A stretch of 40,240 nt of DNA from Chrysochromulina tobinii (lineage: Eukaryota): positions 1 to 40,240 of the forward strand of contig JWZX01002699.1 of assembly GCA_001275005.1 (NCBI GenBank), written 5' to 3'. The stretch's first letter is position 1. Each line of letters begins with the position of its first letter. A model generated the notes under the pieces. That model saw only the letters and a program-made list of their open reading frames with translations. It made no database searches and had not been told where the DNA came from. Positions 9,521-19,944 of this stretch are shown here, one piece after another. The position numbers and the translations under genes were made by a program.

Positions 9521-12184
9521 TTATTTGAGTTCCATCTTCGGCAGCGCCTCGTCCAATGCCTTCCCGTCGCAGCCCGTCGTTGAGGGGATGGCTGGGCTTG
9601 CGAGGCAGCTTGCGAAGCGCGTGGGCGCCCCCGATGCCTCGTTGTCCTCGAGGAGGGTGCCCGTCGGCTTGAGATCCACTGACACGTGGCCGTCCGGGCC
9701 GAACGACCAGTCGAGAGTTGCATGCCGATCCTTACCCGCCTCCCCGGCGTTGATGTCGATGGCGTTGATGTCGATGGCGTTGATGTCGATGGCAGGCATC
9801 CCGTTGACGCCCTTGGAGGTTGGCAGGTCGGGGCTCGCGCAGTGCTTCGTCTCGGGAGAGCTCGGGGGGGTCGCAGGGGAGATCTGAGGAGGCGAAGGTC
9901 GCTTCAGCTTCATGAAGGACCAGGCGAGCTGCGCACACTGCAACTCCGGTCTGCTGCCAGCGGCCCCGTCCGCTGCGTGCCGGCTCCCGTCTGTGGCCTT
10001 GTAGAAGGCGGCTGCCTCGTCGCGCGCGGCCTTTTCGTCGAGTGCGGCACGCCACGCGTGCTCCATGTACGCGTCGCGCAAAGCCTTCTCCGCATGTGCC
10101 TCCCGCCACGCCTTCTCCTCATGCGCCTCCTCCCACACATGAGCCTCGTGCGCCGCAGCCATCGCGGCCACATCGGTCGTATGGCCGCTCGGACGGTTGC
10201 TAGGAGGGAGCCTGCGGTAGGCGGCGTCAGGCTGCGTCATGGCCGGCTGCTTCATAAACTGCCACGCGAGCTGGGCGCAGTCCATCTCGTTGCCGCCACG
10301 CCCAAGGCTCTCGGCGCGGTTGGAAGACTCGATGACAGTATCCAGCCGACGCCGTGCCGCCTCCGCCTTGAACGCGAGGCGATCCGACGCCGTCGTGATC
10401 CGGGCAGGAGGCAGTGGGGCCGTCCACTTGGCTGGCGAGGTCTTCGGAGGAGATGGAGCATGCGCCGGGCCCGGCTTCATGAACTGCCACGCGAGCTGAG
10501 CGCAGTCCATCTGGTTGCCACGCTCGTTAGGGCTGGTGGGCGGCTCGGGGGGCAGTGATGCCGAGGCGGTGCGCACCGCGTCCACGACCGTCCCAGGCCG
10601 CGCCGCGGTCGCCCCGTCCATGACGAACTTGAGCAGATCGATCTGCGTGCAGACCGCCACGACGACCTGCTTGGGCGACGTGAACGAGGAGGCGTCGTGG
10701 AGTGCGACGGGCAGCCGTGGGGCGTGTACGGGCAGGTGCCGGATGGGAGCGACGATGAGGCAGAAGGCGTCACGCTCGAAGATGCGCGAGAAGGCAGCGA
10801 GCTTCGTGTTGAGTGGTGCGCAAGCAAAGCGCGTAAACATGAGCTTCGAACATGGGTCGCGCGGCGAGGCGCCGTTGGAGAGGATCTTGGAGGACAGGTG
10901 ACCCAGGGTCACGACGCCCACGACGCCCAGCGAGTCCTCCACAACGGGCAGCTGATCGATCCCGTACGCCCGCATCACTTTGACGGCCTCGGCGATCGCC
11001 ATCGTCGGCGGCACAGTGATGGGCGAGGGCAGGTCGAGGTCCACCGCCGTCTTGTCTGCCCACCACTCGAGGTGGGCCCCTGGTGGCCGGTTCACGAGCA
11101 GCCCACCACCGACGTGGTCCTCGATGAGCCCTAGGAGAGCTGACGGGCGTGTCAGCAGGGAGGCGGGCTCCATGCCCTGCTCGACCATCCAGTTGTCGTC
11201 GATGAACTTGGACATGTAGTTGCGCGACGCGTCCGGCAGCAGCACGACGACCCGCTGACCCCTGCCAAGCCCTTTCGCGGCGAGCAGCGCGGCATGCATC
11301 GCCGCGCCACTCGAGCCTCCGCAAAGAAGGCCTTCCTCGCGCACGAGCCGGCGCGCCATCTTGAGCGAGGCGGCATCGTCGGTCTTGATCCACTCGTCGA
11401 TGAGCGACCGATCGAGCACGCCCGGGATGAAGTCGTACCCAATCCCCTCCACCAAGTACGACTCGCCGATCTTGTGGGCATTCAGCGAATCCGGCTGCGC
11501 GAGGATGGAGCCCTGAGGGTCAACACCGACCACGCGGACGTTCGAGCCGAGCTGCTCCTTGAGCCGGCGAGCAATGCCTGTGATAGTGCCCCCCGTGCCG
11601 GCGCCGATCACCACCATGTCCACGTGCCCGCCGCACTGGTACAGTATCTCGTGCGCGGTTCCGTCGTAGTGCGCGAGTGGGTTGGAAGGGTTAGTGTACT
11701 GGTCGAGGATGTGCGAGTTGGGGATCTGCGCGTGCAGGCGCTTGGCCACGCCTATGTGCGACTCCGGTGCATCCCACGCGGCCTCGGTCGGCGTGCGGAT
11801 GATCTCGGCGCCGAGGGCCTTGAGCATGTTCATCTTCTCGTTGCTCATCTTCTCCGGGAGCGTGATGATCATCCGATAGCCGCGGATGAGGGCGGTGATG
11901 GCGAGGCCGATGCCGGTGTTGCCCGAAGTGGGCTCGATGATGGTGTCGCCCGGCTTGATGCGACCCTGCTTCTCAGCGTCGAGGATCATGCGCTTGCCGA
12001 TCCGGTCCTTGACGCTCCCTCCGGCATTCATGAACTCGCACTTTGCAAGGATCTCGCACTCGTGCGTGCCCTTGCCGATCTTGTTGATGCGAACAAGGGG
12101 AGTGCATCCGACGTGGTCGAGGATCGATGACGAGATAAGGGGTCGCTCCCAGCCGGGTGGGGGAAGTGAAGAGTCCGACCTCAT
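9521..12184 (-). CDS. CBS: Cystathionine beta-synthase (PLP catalytic core plus CBS/Bateman pair) with a roughly 360-aa C-terminal extension
   Basis: 887-aa intronless ORF with TPLVRIN, KCEFMNAGGSVKDR (PLP lysine), EPTSGNTG, RTPTEAAWDAPESH, GAGTGGT, EGIGYDFIP and EGLLCGGSSG, then CBS-domain segments (AVKVMRAYGIDQLPVV, TQIDLLKF). Confidence 0.95.
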   Translation of the reverse strand: MRSDSSLPPPGWERPLISSSILDHVGCTPLVRINKIGKGTHECEILAKCEFMNAGGSVKDRIGKRMILDAEKQGRIKPGDTIIEPTSGNTGIGLAITALIRGYRMIITLPEKMSNEKMNMLKALGAEIIRTPTEAAWDAPESHIGVAKRLHAQIPNSHILDQYTNPSNPLAHYDGTAHEILYQCGGHVDMVVIGAGTGGTITGIARRLKEQLGSNVRVVGVDPQGSILAQPDSLNAHKIGESYLVEGIGYDFIPGVLDRSLIDEWIKTDDAASLKMARRLVREEGLLCGGSSGAAMHAALLAAKGLGRGQRVVVLLPDASRNYMSKFIDDNWMVEQGMEPASLLTRPSALLGLIEDHVGGGLLVNRPPGAHLEWWADKTAVDLDLPSPITVPPTMAIAEAVKVMRAYGIDQLPVVEDSLGVVGVVTLGHLSSKILSNGASPRDPCSKLMFTRFACAPLNTKLAAFSRIFERDAFCLIVAPIRHLPVHAPRLPVALHDASSFTSPKQVVVAVCTQIDLLKFVMDGATAARPGTVVDAVRTASASLPPEPPTSPNERGNQMDCAQLAWQFMKPGPAHAPSPPKTSPAKWTAPLPPARITTASDRLAFKAEAARRRLDTVIESSNRAESLGRGGNEMDCAQLAWQFMKQPAMTQPDAAYRRLPPSNRPSGHTTDVAAMAAAHEAHVWEEAHEEKAWREAHAEKALRDAYMEHAWRAALDEKAARDEAAAFYKATDGSRHAADGAAGSRPELQCAQLAWSFMKLKRPSPPQISPATPPSSPETKHCASPDLPTSKGVNGMPAIDINAIDINAIDINAGEAGKDRHATLDWSFGPDGHVSVDLKPTGTLLEDNEASGAPTRFASCLASPAIPSTTGCDGKALDEALPKMELK

Positions 12185-12553
12185 TCGCGTCCAGGTCCGA
12201 CCGATATCGGCCGGCCGTCAAAAGCGATCACCGCCGGACGGACGAAATCAGAATTCAATCAACGAAACCGGACGAAACGCAGTCGGTGCGCACCCCTTTG
12301 CGCGACCGCATTCTTTTTTCGCCTATCTGTGGCATGGAGGTTCATTTTTCCTATACAGAACACTTACAGAACTCCTCGTCGGCCCACGCTCGTCCTTACA
12401 GCGTAACAGCCTACAGGCCGTGCAACAGGCCGCTCCGTCCGGTCCGTCCAAAACCGCCGCAAACCCGCCCTCTTCAACCTTCCACATGTGCCTGATAGCG
12501 CCGTTTCGGGCTCCTTCTCTCGTCAACGGCCCACAAGGCGCGGAGCGTGTGCG

Positions 12554-13717
12554 ATGGCCGACGAGCGCTTCGATGAAGTGCTGCTCAACCTCGCAGGGAA
12601 CCTCGGTGGCATCGAGCCGCTCTTCGACACAATCTTCTCCTTCCTCTACCGGAAGACGGACTACTTCCACGTGATGAAGCCCGGCGACAAGATCGGCTTC
12701 AAAGCGGGCGTCGCTCAGCAGATCCTGCTCCGTTCGTTCGGCAAGTTTGAGCAGCAGGCGGCTCTCGCGGCCGCCAAGCAGCAGGCGGCTGCCAGCGCCG
12801 CCCCTGCCAAACCCAAGACGTCGAGCATTCCTCAGCCAGCTCCGACGCCCGCCAAGGACGCCGCGCCTGCCGCGCCGGGCACGCCTGCTGCACCTACCGC
12901 CGCACCTACCGCCGCGCCTACCGAGCCTACCGCGCCTACAGCGCCTCCCAGCGTGCCGGGAGCGTCTTCCTCGGCATCACCGGCGACCCAAATCACCACC
13001 GCCGCCGGCTCGGCCGCGGCGGCGGACAAGGGCGTAGCCGTTGCGCAGGCCGCGGGCGCCAAGTCGTCGAGCCACCTGTCCGAGCAGTTGGGCGTGCCGT
13101 ACAATGGCGGCCGGTGCGCCAACTTCTGGTGGGAGCAGACGCTCGGCGATGTGACGATCAACGCGCCAGTACCGTCGGGCACGAGCGCGCGCGACGTCGT
13201 GTGCGTCATCGGGCGCTCGCACCTGACTCTGAAGCTCAAGGGCACGTCGGACCCTCTCATCGACGCCGACTACCCATGCGACGCCCGTAACGGCCAGGAG
13301 ATTTGGGAGAGGGTGAAGACGAACGAGTGCTACTGGAGCCTCGGCGAGTCGCGCGGAGCGCCGTGCGTGTGCATCTACCTCGAAAAGGAGAGGGAGTGCT
13401 GGTGGAAGAGTGCTGTACATGGGGCGGAGGAGATCGACACGACCAAGGTCGACTCGACGCGGGATCTGTACACGTACGACGACGAGACCCAGGGCGCGAT
13501 CCGCAAGATCATGTTCGACCAGCATCAGAAGCGTTTGGGCAAGGCGACCTCGGACGAGCTCAAGAATGAAGACATGCTCCGGAAGGCGTGGGACGCGGAG
13601 GGCTCACCTTTCAAGGGGCAGCCCTTCGATCCGAGTCTCGTCAACTTTTCGGGCGGCGCAGGCGGAGCCCCGATGCCGCCGCTCCCGCCCAGCAGGGGGC
13701 TCGATGAGGCGGATTAG
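12554..13717 (+). CDS. NudC-family co-chaperone (NudC N-terminal domain plus CS/p23 domain; NUDCD3-like C-terminus)
   Basis: MADERFDEVLL...FDTIFSFLYRKTDYF, WWEQTLGDVTI, ECYWSL...YLEK..WWKS, EIDTTKVD, DDETQGAIRKIMFDQHQK, LRKAWDAEGSPFKG. Confidence 0.9.
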   Translation: MADERFDEVLLNLAGNLGGIEPLFDTIFSFLYRKTDYFHVMKPGDKIGFKAGVAQQILLRSFGKFEQQAALAAAKQQAAASAAPAKPKTSSIPQPAPTPAKDAAPAAPGTPAAPTAAPTAAPTEPTAPTAPPSVPGASSSASPATQITTAAGSAAAADKGVAVAQAAGAKSSSHLSEQLGVPYNGGRCANFWWEQTLGDVTINAPVPSGTSARDVVCVIGRSHLTLKLKGTSDPLIDADYPCDARNGQEIWERVKTNECYWSLGESRGAPCVCIYLEKERECWWKSAVHGAEEIDTTKVDSTRDLYTYDDETQGAIRKIMFDQHQKRLGKATSDELKNEDMLRKAWDAEGSPFKGQPFDPSLVNFSGGAGGAPMPPLPPSRGLDEAD

Positions 13718-14287
13718 AGGACGCGCGGAGGCCTTCACGTCTCTTCATGTAGCCTTCATCTCAGCCTAGGAGCGGGGCCCGAGATGGGCCCGAGGGACTG
13801 CGTGCAGCTCCTCAGGCGCAGCGTAGACGAGCCATGCCCGGACGTGAAGCCACCGTCCTTAGTTCTATGCGTGCGTGGAGAGTCAGAGCTCAGACTGAGG
13901 AGTGGTGGTTGTGGCTTGAGCACCACCGCTCTTTGGTTGTTTTGGAAACATTTATATCGTGTAGTTTCCCAACGTCGAACCGAACATGAACGTCCCATCC
14001 AACTCGTTCCGGTCGTCGCGTTTCCGTGCGCGTGTGATGAGCTCCGGTGAGAGTCGTCACAGAGACAAACACGCGAACGCTCCTCGTACCTCGACTGTGC
14101 ACTGTGAACACGCCTATCGCCTTCCTCCCACCGCGCCTTCCTTGCACACCACGGCGCTGCTATCAGTTCTCCTCGCCTGGCCGCTGAGTTGAGCGCAAAG
14201 CGCCGTTTCGCCTCTAAGTTTCAGTCGGACCAACTTTCGCCCTCCATCCTAGGTCACATATCCGTCCTCTGGACAAGATCCACAGGG

Positions 14288-17098
14288 ATGGTCCGCGCCA
14301 CGGTGCAGCACCTCGAGTCTCCTCTGCAGGACTATGAGGCCGGTGTCGAAGATTTCCTCATGGCACACGCTCGAAAGCTCAGGACATCTCGTTCGCCCGT
14401 CCGTTCGCCCGAGGGCTCTAACAATGCATCTCGAGATGCTTCGCCGGAGAAGTCTATTGAGCAGCTTGCCGCAGAGCTGCGGCAGGAGGCACGTGAGGCG
14501 CTTCGGAAAGGCGTCTTTCCTCAGCTTGAGGTGGACAATCAGAAAGTCTACAGGACGATGGCTGAGAGGCTCTGGGGCGGCGATGGGGAGACGCTCGTCA
14601 TCGAGAGCATCGGCAAGAATACCAAGGAGCCGGAGTTGCATTTCATCCCTTATGGCGAGGATGGCGATGGCGATGGCGCTGCTGGGCGGTATATGGGCGC
14701 CAAGCAGGGCCTGGAGTCGCTCTTCGTCGGCGGTGGCGGCGGTGGCGGCGGTGGCGCTGCCCCGGGAAAATTCGTGAGCTTCGAGGTCACTGTGGCTGGG
14801 GACTTGTCTGCGTTCGACGAGGCCGCGTTCCGTGAGCGCGTGAAGGAGGCGCTCGGCTTTCGTGGCTTAACTGACCCATCGACGATCGCGGTGACGCTCG
14901 TTCCAAATGCCGATGGCACCTACCATGTGCATGTGCGCGTGAAGGCGACGGGGGCGGTGCAAGCCGTGAGTGCAGCGGTCGAGAAGCTGAGTAACTCCGC
15001 CGACGTGGCCGCGGCGGCCCTGGGTTTGCCCGTGGCCTCTGTCTCGCCACCTACGGCGATCGACACGGCCAAGTCGGGCGGCGCGAGGGGCAAGGGAGCC
15101 AGGGCCGAGCCACGTGGCGTGGCCGTTGGCATGGGCGGCGCGCCTCCGCCGGAGTGGACCGAGAACGACTATCCCGATGACGGCACGAAGATCAATTGCC
15201 CGGCCAACGACAACTCGGGGCTGAAGGCAGGATCGAAGGCGTGGTACAAGCAATCTGACGGCACGCGCGTGATTTGCACCATCGTCAAGGTGTACTACGA
15301 CGACCCCCCGCCCTACTATGCGATCAATCTCGATGGGCAAGAACGCTCGACGGTGCGGGACAAGCTGAGGCCCTATCTTGAGGGCCAGAGCACGGCGCCG
15401 CAACCGCCGGCCGGCCAGATGGGCGGTGCCGGCAGGACACTCACTCCCCGAGCAACGCTCATGCATGGCCTGTACGGCGGGCTCGACGAGGGCGCCATCC
15501 TGAGCGCCTTCCAAACTTGTGACCGGGACGGAAGTGGCGCTTTGGAGAAGGACGAGTTCCTCGTCTTCCTGCGGGCTCTCAACGACGAGACGACGGAGAA
15601 GGATGCGGACACCCTCTTCGCCCTGTGCGACAATGACGGCTCTGAGCTGGTCACCCTCGTCGAATTTCTTCGGGCGTGGCGCGGCAAACCGGATGTCGTG
15701 CAATTCGAGCAGGGGATCGACGCAGCGGACGAGGCGAAGGATCAACTAGCGTCGCGCGCGCAGCGCATGTCGGCGATGCGCCTGGAGCGCGACGCGGAGC
15801 GTGAGGGGCAGCGCACGAGCGACATCAAGGCTAGGAAGCGCCGCGCCATGGAGCAGCGCAAGCTCTCAGGCCTCGACTCGAGGCTAGAGCAAGAGTCGAT
15901 GGCACAGCAGGCACGGATCGAAGCGCTCCTCGCCGAAGAGAATAGCCGTGAGCAAGAGCGCCAGCGGCGCCAGCAGGAGGCGGCCAAGAGGCTAGCCGCG
16001 CAGCGTGAGGAGAAGTACGCGGCGGAGTCTGAGGTGCGGCGCGCGCGAGAGCAGCAAGAGGCTGCCGAGCGCGAGCGCAGGACCAAGGGTGCTCTGGCCA
16101 AGATGGAGGCAGAGAAGCTCGCGCGCGTGGAGCGGGAGCACGCGCAGAGGCTTGCTAGAGAGGAGGCAGCGGAGGCGGAGCGGCTCCGTCGGATTGCGGA
16201 GACGGCAGAGAAGGAGAAGCGCGGGCAGGAGGCGCGGCAAGCGGCCGCGCTGGCGCAGGCGGCCGCGCTTCGCGAGGCGCGGGAGAGAGAGGAGGAAGCC
16301 TTCCGATCAGCGCAGGCGTCGCGCATCTCAGCGGCGGCCGCGGCCGAGCTCGAGGCTCGTCGAGCTCACGAGCTCAGGGAGCGCTCGAGGCTCGACGTCG
16401 TGGAAGAGGCGGCGCGCCAACGGCAGGCAGAGAAGGTGTCCGCCGCGCTGGCGGCCGAGCAGGAGGCGCGCCGTCTCAAGCGCCAGGCCGAGCTCGACTC
16501 CGAGATTGCGGCAGAGGCTGATCGTCTGAGACGTCTCGCTGCGGAGACCAAGGCGGCCGAGGGCGCACTCGCCGAGCGGCGTGCTCGTGTGGAAGAGGAG
16601 CGGCGCCGTCTCGAGCAGAAGCGTGAGGCCGAGGCAGCGGCCCTGCCTGCGAGCTCTCGAGGAGTTCTCACCGAGAGGCGCTCGGGGCGGCGCGAGCGCG
16701 AGCGGCGTCTCGAAGGCAAGTCGGGATGTTTCGGGATGCTCTCGGCACTACGGGAGGCGTACGGGAACGAGACGGACGCCTGCTCGGCCGAAGTCTTCGA
16801 GGCGGCGATGCGCTTCATTGATGCGAAGCGCGTGCGCCACGTCAAGGAGATCCTCAAATTCAAAATGACGGACGACCTCGTTGCCGCGCTGCCCAATCTC
16901 GACGACGCCTCTGCCAGCCGGCTGCGTGGGGCGCTTGTCAAGCAGGCCGAGGTGGCCTTTGAGAGCATGACCGTACCCAGGTCGCCGACCGGTTACGACG
17001 GCAGCCCCTCACCGAAGACGAAGAGGAAGGCGATCAAAAGGATGAGTCCATTACGTACACCTGGTGAACTAGAGGGCTTGCCGCGGTACAACTGGTGA
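14288..17098 (+). CDS. Multidomain protein: SEA-like alpha/beta module, Tudor/SH3-like module, EF-hand pair, long charged coiled coil and small helical C-terminal domain
   Basis: Intronless ORF from ATG 14288. EF loops DRDGSGALEKDE and DNDGSELVTLVE; beta-barrel-like GSKAWYKQSDGTRVICTIVKVYYDDPPPYYAINLDGQERSTVRDKL; E/R/A/Q-rich helix region. The domain names other than EF-hand are pattern-level guesses. Confidence 0.8.
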   Translation: MVRATVQHLESPLQDYEAGVEDFLMAHARKLRTSRSPVRSPEGSNNASRDASPEKSIEQLAAELRQEAREALRKGVFPQLEVDNQKVYRTMAERLWGGDGETLVIESIGKNTKEPELHFIPYGEDGDGDGAAGRYMGAKQGLESLFVGGGGGGGGGAAPGKFVSFEVTVAGDLSAFDEAAFRERVKEALGFRGLTDPSTIAVTLVPNADGTYHVHVRVKATGAVQAVSAAVEKLSNSADVAAAALGLPVASVSPPTAIDTAKSGGARGKGARAEPRGVAVGMGGAPPPEWTENDYPDDGTKINCPANDNSGLKAGSKAWYKQSDGTRVICTIVKVYYDDPPPYYAINLDGQERSTVRDKLRPYLEGQSTAPQPPAGQMGGAGRTLTPRATLMHGLYGGLDEGAILSAFQTCDRDGSGALEKDEFLVFLRALNDETTEKDADTLFALCDNDGSELVTLVEFLRAWRGKPDVVQFEQGIDAADEAKDQLASRAQRMSAMRLERDAEREGQRTSDIKARKRRAMEQRKLSGLDSRLEQESMAQQARIEALLAEENSREQERQRRQQEAAKRLAAQREEKYAAESEVRRAREQQEAAERERRTKGALAKMEAEKLARVEREHAQRLAREEAAEAERLRRIAETAEKEKRGQEARQAAALAQAAALREAREREEEAFRSAQASRISAAAAAELEARRAHELRERSRLDVVEEAARQRQAEKVSAALAAEQEARRLKRQAELDSEIAAEADRLRRLAAETKAAEGALAERRARVEEERRRLEQKREAEAAALPASSRGVLTERRSGRRERERRLEGKSGCFGMLSALREAYGNETDACSAEVFEAAMRFIDAKRVRHVKEILKFKMTDDLVAALPNLDDASASRLRGALVKQAEVAFESMTVPRSPTGYDGSPSPKTKRKAIKRMSPLRTPGELEGLPRYNW

Positions 17099-17356
17099 GG
17101 CCGTATGCCCTTTTCCAGTCCAGTGGAGTGGAGTACCTGTCGTGTGGTGCGGACTGCCGGTGCGGAACCCGAACGGTCGCGACGTCCAGGTCCGGGTCTC
17201 CCACGACGACTATGCGTGATCTCGTGTCCCCGCTCCGGGGTGCCCGTGAGCGCTCCGATTCGATTCCTACATATCAATTCCCCTATACTTTGTGCTACAC
17301 AAGCCGACACGCAAGCACATTTCAATAGCTCCACCAGCATAGAAGATTGAGAGTCA

Positions 17357-17920
17357 TCACTCGCATCTTCGGTACAGCAGTGTCTGCATGCCGAGCTTCC
17401 GCGGTCCTTCAACTTTCCAGTGCAAGATGAACGAATCCGCATCGCAGAGCTCCAGCCTACCTCTATACATGTCAGGTCCACATGGGTGGCTGAAGCTCGG
17501 CTGCGAGCTCGAGTCCTCCTCCTCCGGTAGCTCAATGTCATGAAAGAAACGTTGAGAGAGCAGCACTTCCTTCGGATCGTTGGTACGCGCCTCGTCGAAA
17601 TAGACGCGTACGCGATCCGGGTGAAAGTGGTAAATAAGTTTCCGGCTAGCGGCCAGTTGCTGCTGCTCCTGTGCGAGCGTAATTGTCCCATCCTCCAGAT
17701 ACCACAGACATTCATCTGCATACGAAACCCTATTCAGGCACTGAGAGGTGTCGAGAGATTCAAAGCGCGCGGTGCCCGAAAATGACGCCTCCTTGCCACC
17801 ACGCACGTACGACATTTGCTTGGCTATCGTCCAATGGCCTGCAAAGTAGCCTGCGAGCGCGTGTGGCGTTTTTGGTCGGGTCCATGCAGCGGTTGCGAGA
17901 ATGAACACCGTCCACGCCAT
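17357..17920 (-). CDS. DUF6314-like protein with a hydrophobic N-terminal leader
   Basis: 187 aa with FAGHWTIAK, FSGTARF, YLEDG, RVYFDE, RFFHDI, HPCGPDMYRG and WKVEGPRK motifs typical of DUF6314. Confidence 0.7.
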   Translation of the reverse strand: MAWTVFILATAAWTRPKTPHALAGYFAGHWTIAKQMSYVRGGKEASFSGTARFESLDTSQCLNRVSYADECLWYLEDGTITLAQEQQQLAASRKLIYHFHPDRVRVYFDEARTNDPKEVLLSQRFFHDIELPEEEDSSSQPSFSHPCGPDMYRGRLELCDADSFILHWKVEGPRKLGMQTLLYRRCE

Positions 17921-18139
17921 CGAAGACCCTTCTGTTCTTCACGAGCATGCGTGAACTTCACAAAAGTCGTCAAACTTGCATTTCACGAGCCGGCGCGAAA
18001 CACCCTGGGATCATCATCGAGGAGAAGAGATTGCGGACGTTGAAGCGCGCGCGCCGATCCGGAAACCAAATGCGACAAGTTCGGAATCTGAAACCGATGA
18101 TCAGGGGGCCGACTGGCTGGGCGAAGTCCACTATCAGAC

Positions 18140-18865
18140 ATGCCAGTCTCCATGGAGTTCAACAGCAAGGCATCGCCTTCGCAGCGCGCCTCGCTCGACG
18201 AGGCGCGGCTGAAAGCACGCGTGGCCAAGGGTGGGCTCACACCGGCGCCGGGCGCTTACGACCCCAAGCGCCTGGCAACGGATTCCGAACAGCTTGCGGG
18301 CACAACAGCGTTCAAGAGCAAGAGTGACCGCAAGGCTGACAGCACGCTGCGTGAGCAGGGCGACCCGGGCTCGTACAATCCGTATGACAACAGATCGATG
18401 GCCTCGAACGCCTCGCGCTCGTTCAACAGATCACAGCAGACGGGCGTGGGCGGCTTTGGAAGCAAAGTCAAGCGAGCCGAACTTTCGACGCCGAACGAAG
18501 CACCCGGGCCGGGCACGTACGACGCCAAGCTGCCCTCTTCACCCGAGGCGAAGCAGGGGAGCGCCTTTGCCTCGAACACGAAGCGCGGAGCCTATCTCGG
18601 CAAATCTCAGACGCCTGGTTCAGGCGAGTACGATCCTGCTGATGTGACCGCTCGAACGCCTGGTGGCGACTCCATGTTCAAGAACAAGGACGATCGCTTC
18701 AAGAAGAGCCTCGAGCTTGAGTACGCGGCGCACGTGGCCCCTGGCTCGTACAGTAGCGATGGCCACACCATCGAAAAGAAGGTCAGGCAGAGTCGAGGCA
18801 AGGTGTCGTCTGCCTTCGCCTCTACTAGCCTCCGCGGCGACATGTTCATGGGACATCGCTGCTAG
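18140..18865 (+). CDS. Sperm-tail PG-rich repeat (SHIPPO/ODF3-like) flagellar protein
   Basis: Repeated PGxY motifs (TPAPGAYDP, DPGSYNP, APGPGTYD, TPGSGEYDP, VAPGSYS), each followed by an FxSxxxR-like segment. Confidence 0.85.
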   Translation: MPVSMEFNSKASPSQRASLDEARLKARVAKGGLTPAPGAYDPKRLATDSEQLAGTTAFKSKSDRKADSTLREQGDPGSYNPYDNRSMASNASRSFNRSQQTGVGGFGSKVKRAELSTPNEAPGPGTYDAKLPSSPEAKQGSAFASNTKRGAYLGKSQTPGSGEYDPADVTARTPGGDSMFKNKDDRFKKSLELEYAAHVAPGSYSSDGHTIEKKVRQSRGKVSSAFASTSLRGDMFMGHRC

Positions 18866-19337
18866 CGGCCAGTGGCACGTTGAGCAAGTGCTCAGCCTCA
18901 TCGACGGCGACCCAGCCAGAGGCGTCTCGTCTCGCACGAGATTTACTAGTTACCGTACCTCAGCGTTGTCTTGCCTAAAATAGCTTGGTGATCCTGGTTT
19001 TACCTTTTGATCGAATTCTTTACCATGAAGCATGTTAAGAAGCATGTGCCGTACGCTCACCAGGGGCCTTAGTCGGTTGTTCACATGTGGACATGTGAAC
19101 AGGATGCACACGCACTCGCGAGTCATCCGAGACGTTCGTCCGGTAATACCGCTTACGCGGCGGACGCGCTCAACGCCACAAGGTCGCTGGGCCTCCTCGG
19201 GCCTCATACCGTCGTGGATGCAGATGTCCTTGCACGTGCACACCCAACGAGTCGATGCCGGACCATGCTTAGCAGCCACAGGCGGCGGTCGCATGCGTGG
19301 TCAGCGGGCTCTCACCGCTAACCGAGGATTCTAATGA

Positions 19338-19823
19338 TTAAGGGTTGTCGAGGGTAATCTTGAGCTTGCGGGTCGCGCCTCCTGGGATCACGCCGCCTTG
19401 GCATACCTTAATTGATGAGCGTCCGTTTAGGCGCACCTGGCATGTGCCGCATTGGCCACTCTTGCAATCGAACTTGACGCGGAGGCCAGCCTTCGAACAG
19501 ACCTGGGCGATATTGTCGCCCTGCTTTGCAATGACGACCTTGTCACCCTTTTGCGGAAACGTGCACTCGACCGAGCCAGCCGGGAGCTCTTTGGCCTTTT
19601 CCTGCCGCGCGGCGAGCTTGTCCTGGCGCCTCGCAAAGTCAGCATCGCGAGCGCTCAGGCCAGCACCGCCGCTGCCGCTGTCTTTGTTTCCGCCGCCAAA
19701 GAGGCCGCCGAACAGCATGGTCGGCGAGGTGGCACGCGACACAGCGTGCACGAGAGGCCGCTGCGGGACAATTAGGCCCTCGGCGGATAGCAGCAGCGCA
19801 GCTGCGAGCGTGGTCAGGACCAT
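19338..19823 (-). CDS. Plastid-targeted 2Fe-2S ferredoxin-like protein
   Basis: ATG 19823. Signal plus transit-like leader MVLTTLAAALLLSAEG-LIVPQRPLVHAVSRATSPTM. C-x4-C-x2-C motif FDCKSGQCGTCQV and a distal Cys in IKVCQ. Confidence 0.85.
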   Translation of the reverse strand: MVLTTLAAALLLSAEGLIVPQRPLVHAVSRATSPTMLFGGLFGGGNKDSGSGGAGLSARDADFARRQDKLAARQEKAKELPAGSVECTFPQKGDKVVIAKQGDNIAQVCSKAGLRVKFDCKSGQCGTCQVRLNGRSSIKVCQGGVIPGGATRKLKITLDNP

Positions 19824-19944
19824 GGTTGGAGGCAGAAGCCTTTCGTCTTCGTCGATCTCGGTGGACCTCGCGCGCTCGACGCTCAGTACGGCGTTTTTGA
19901 AAACTCTAGGAGAGAGACACACGCTGTTAACCACGCATGTGCTC

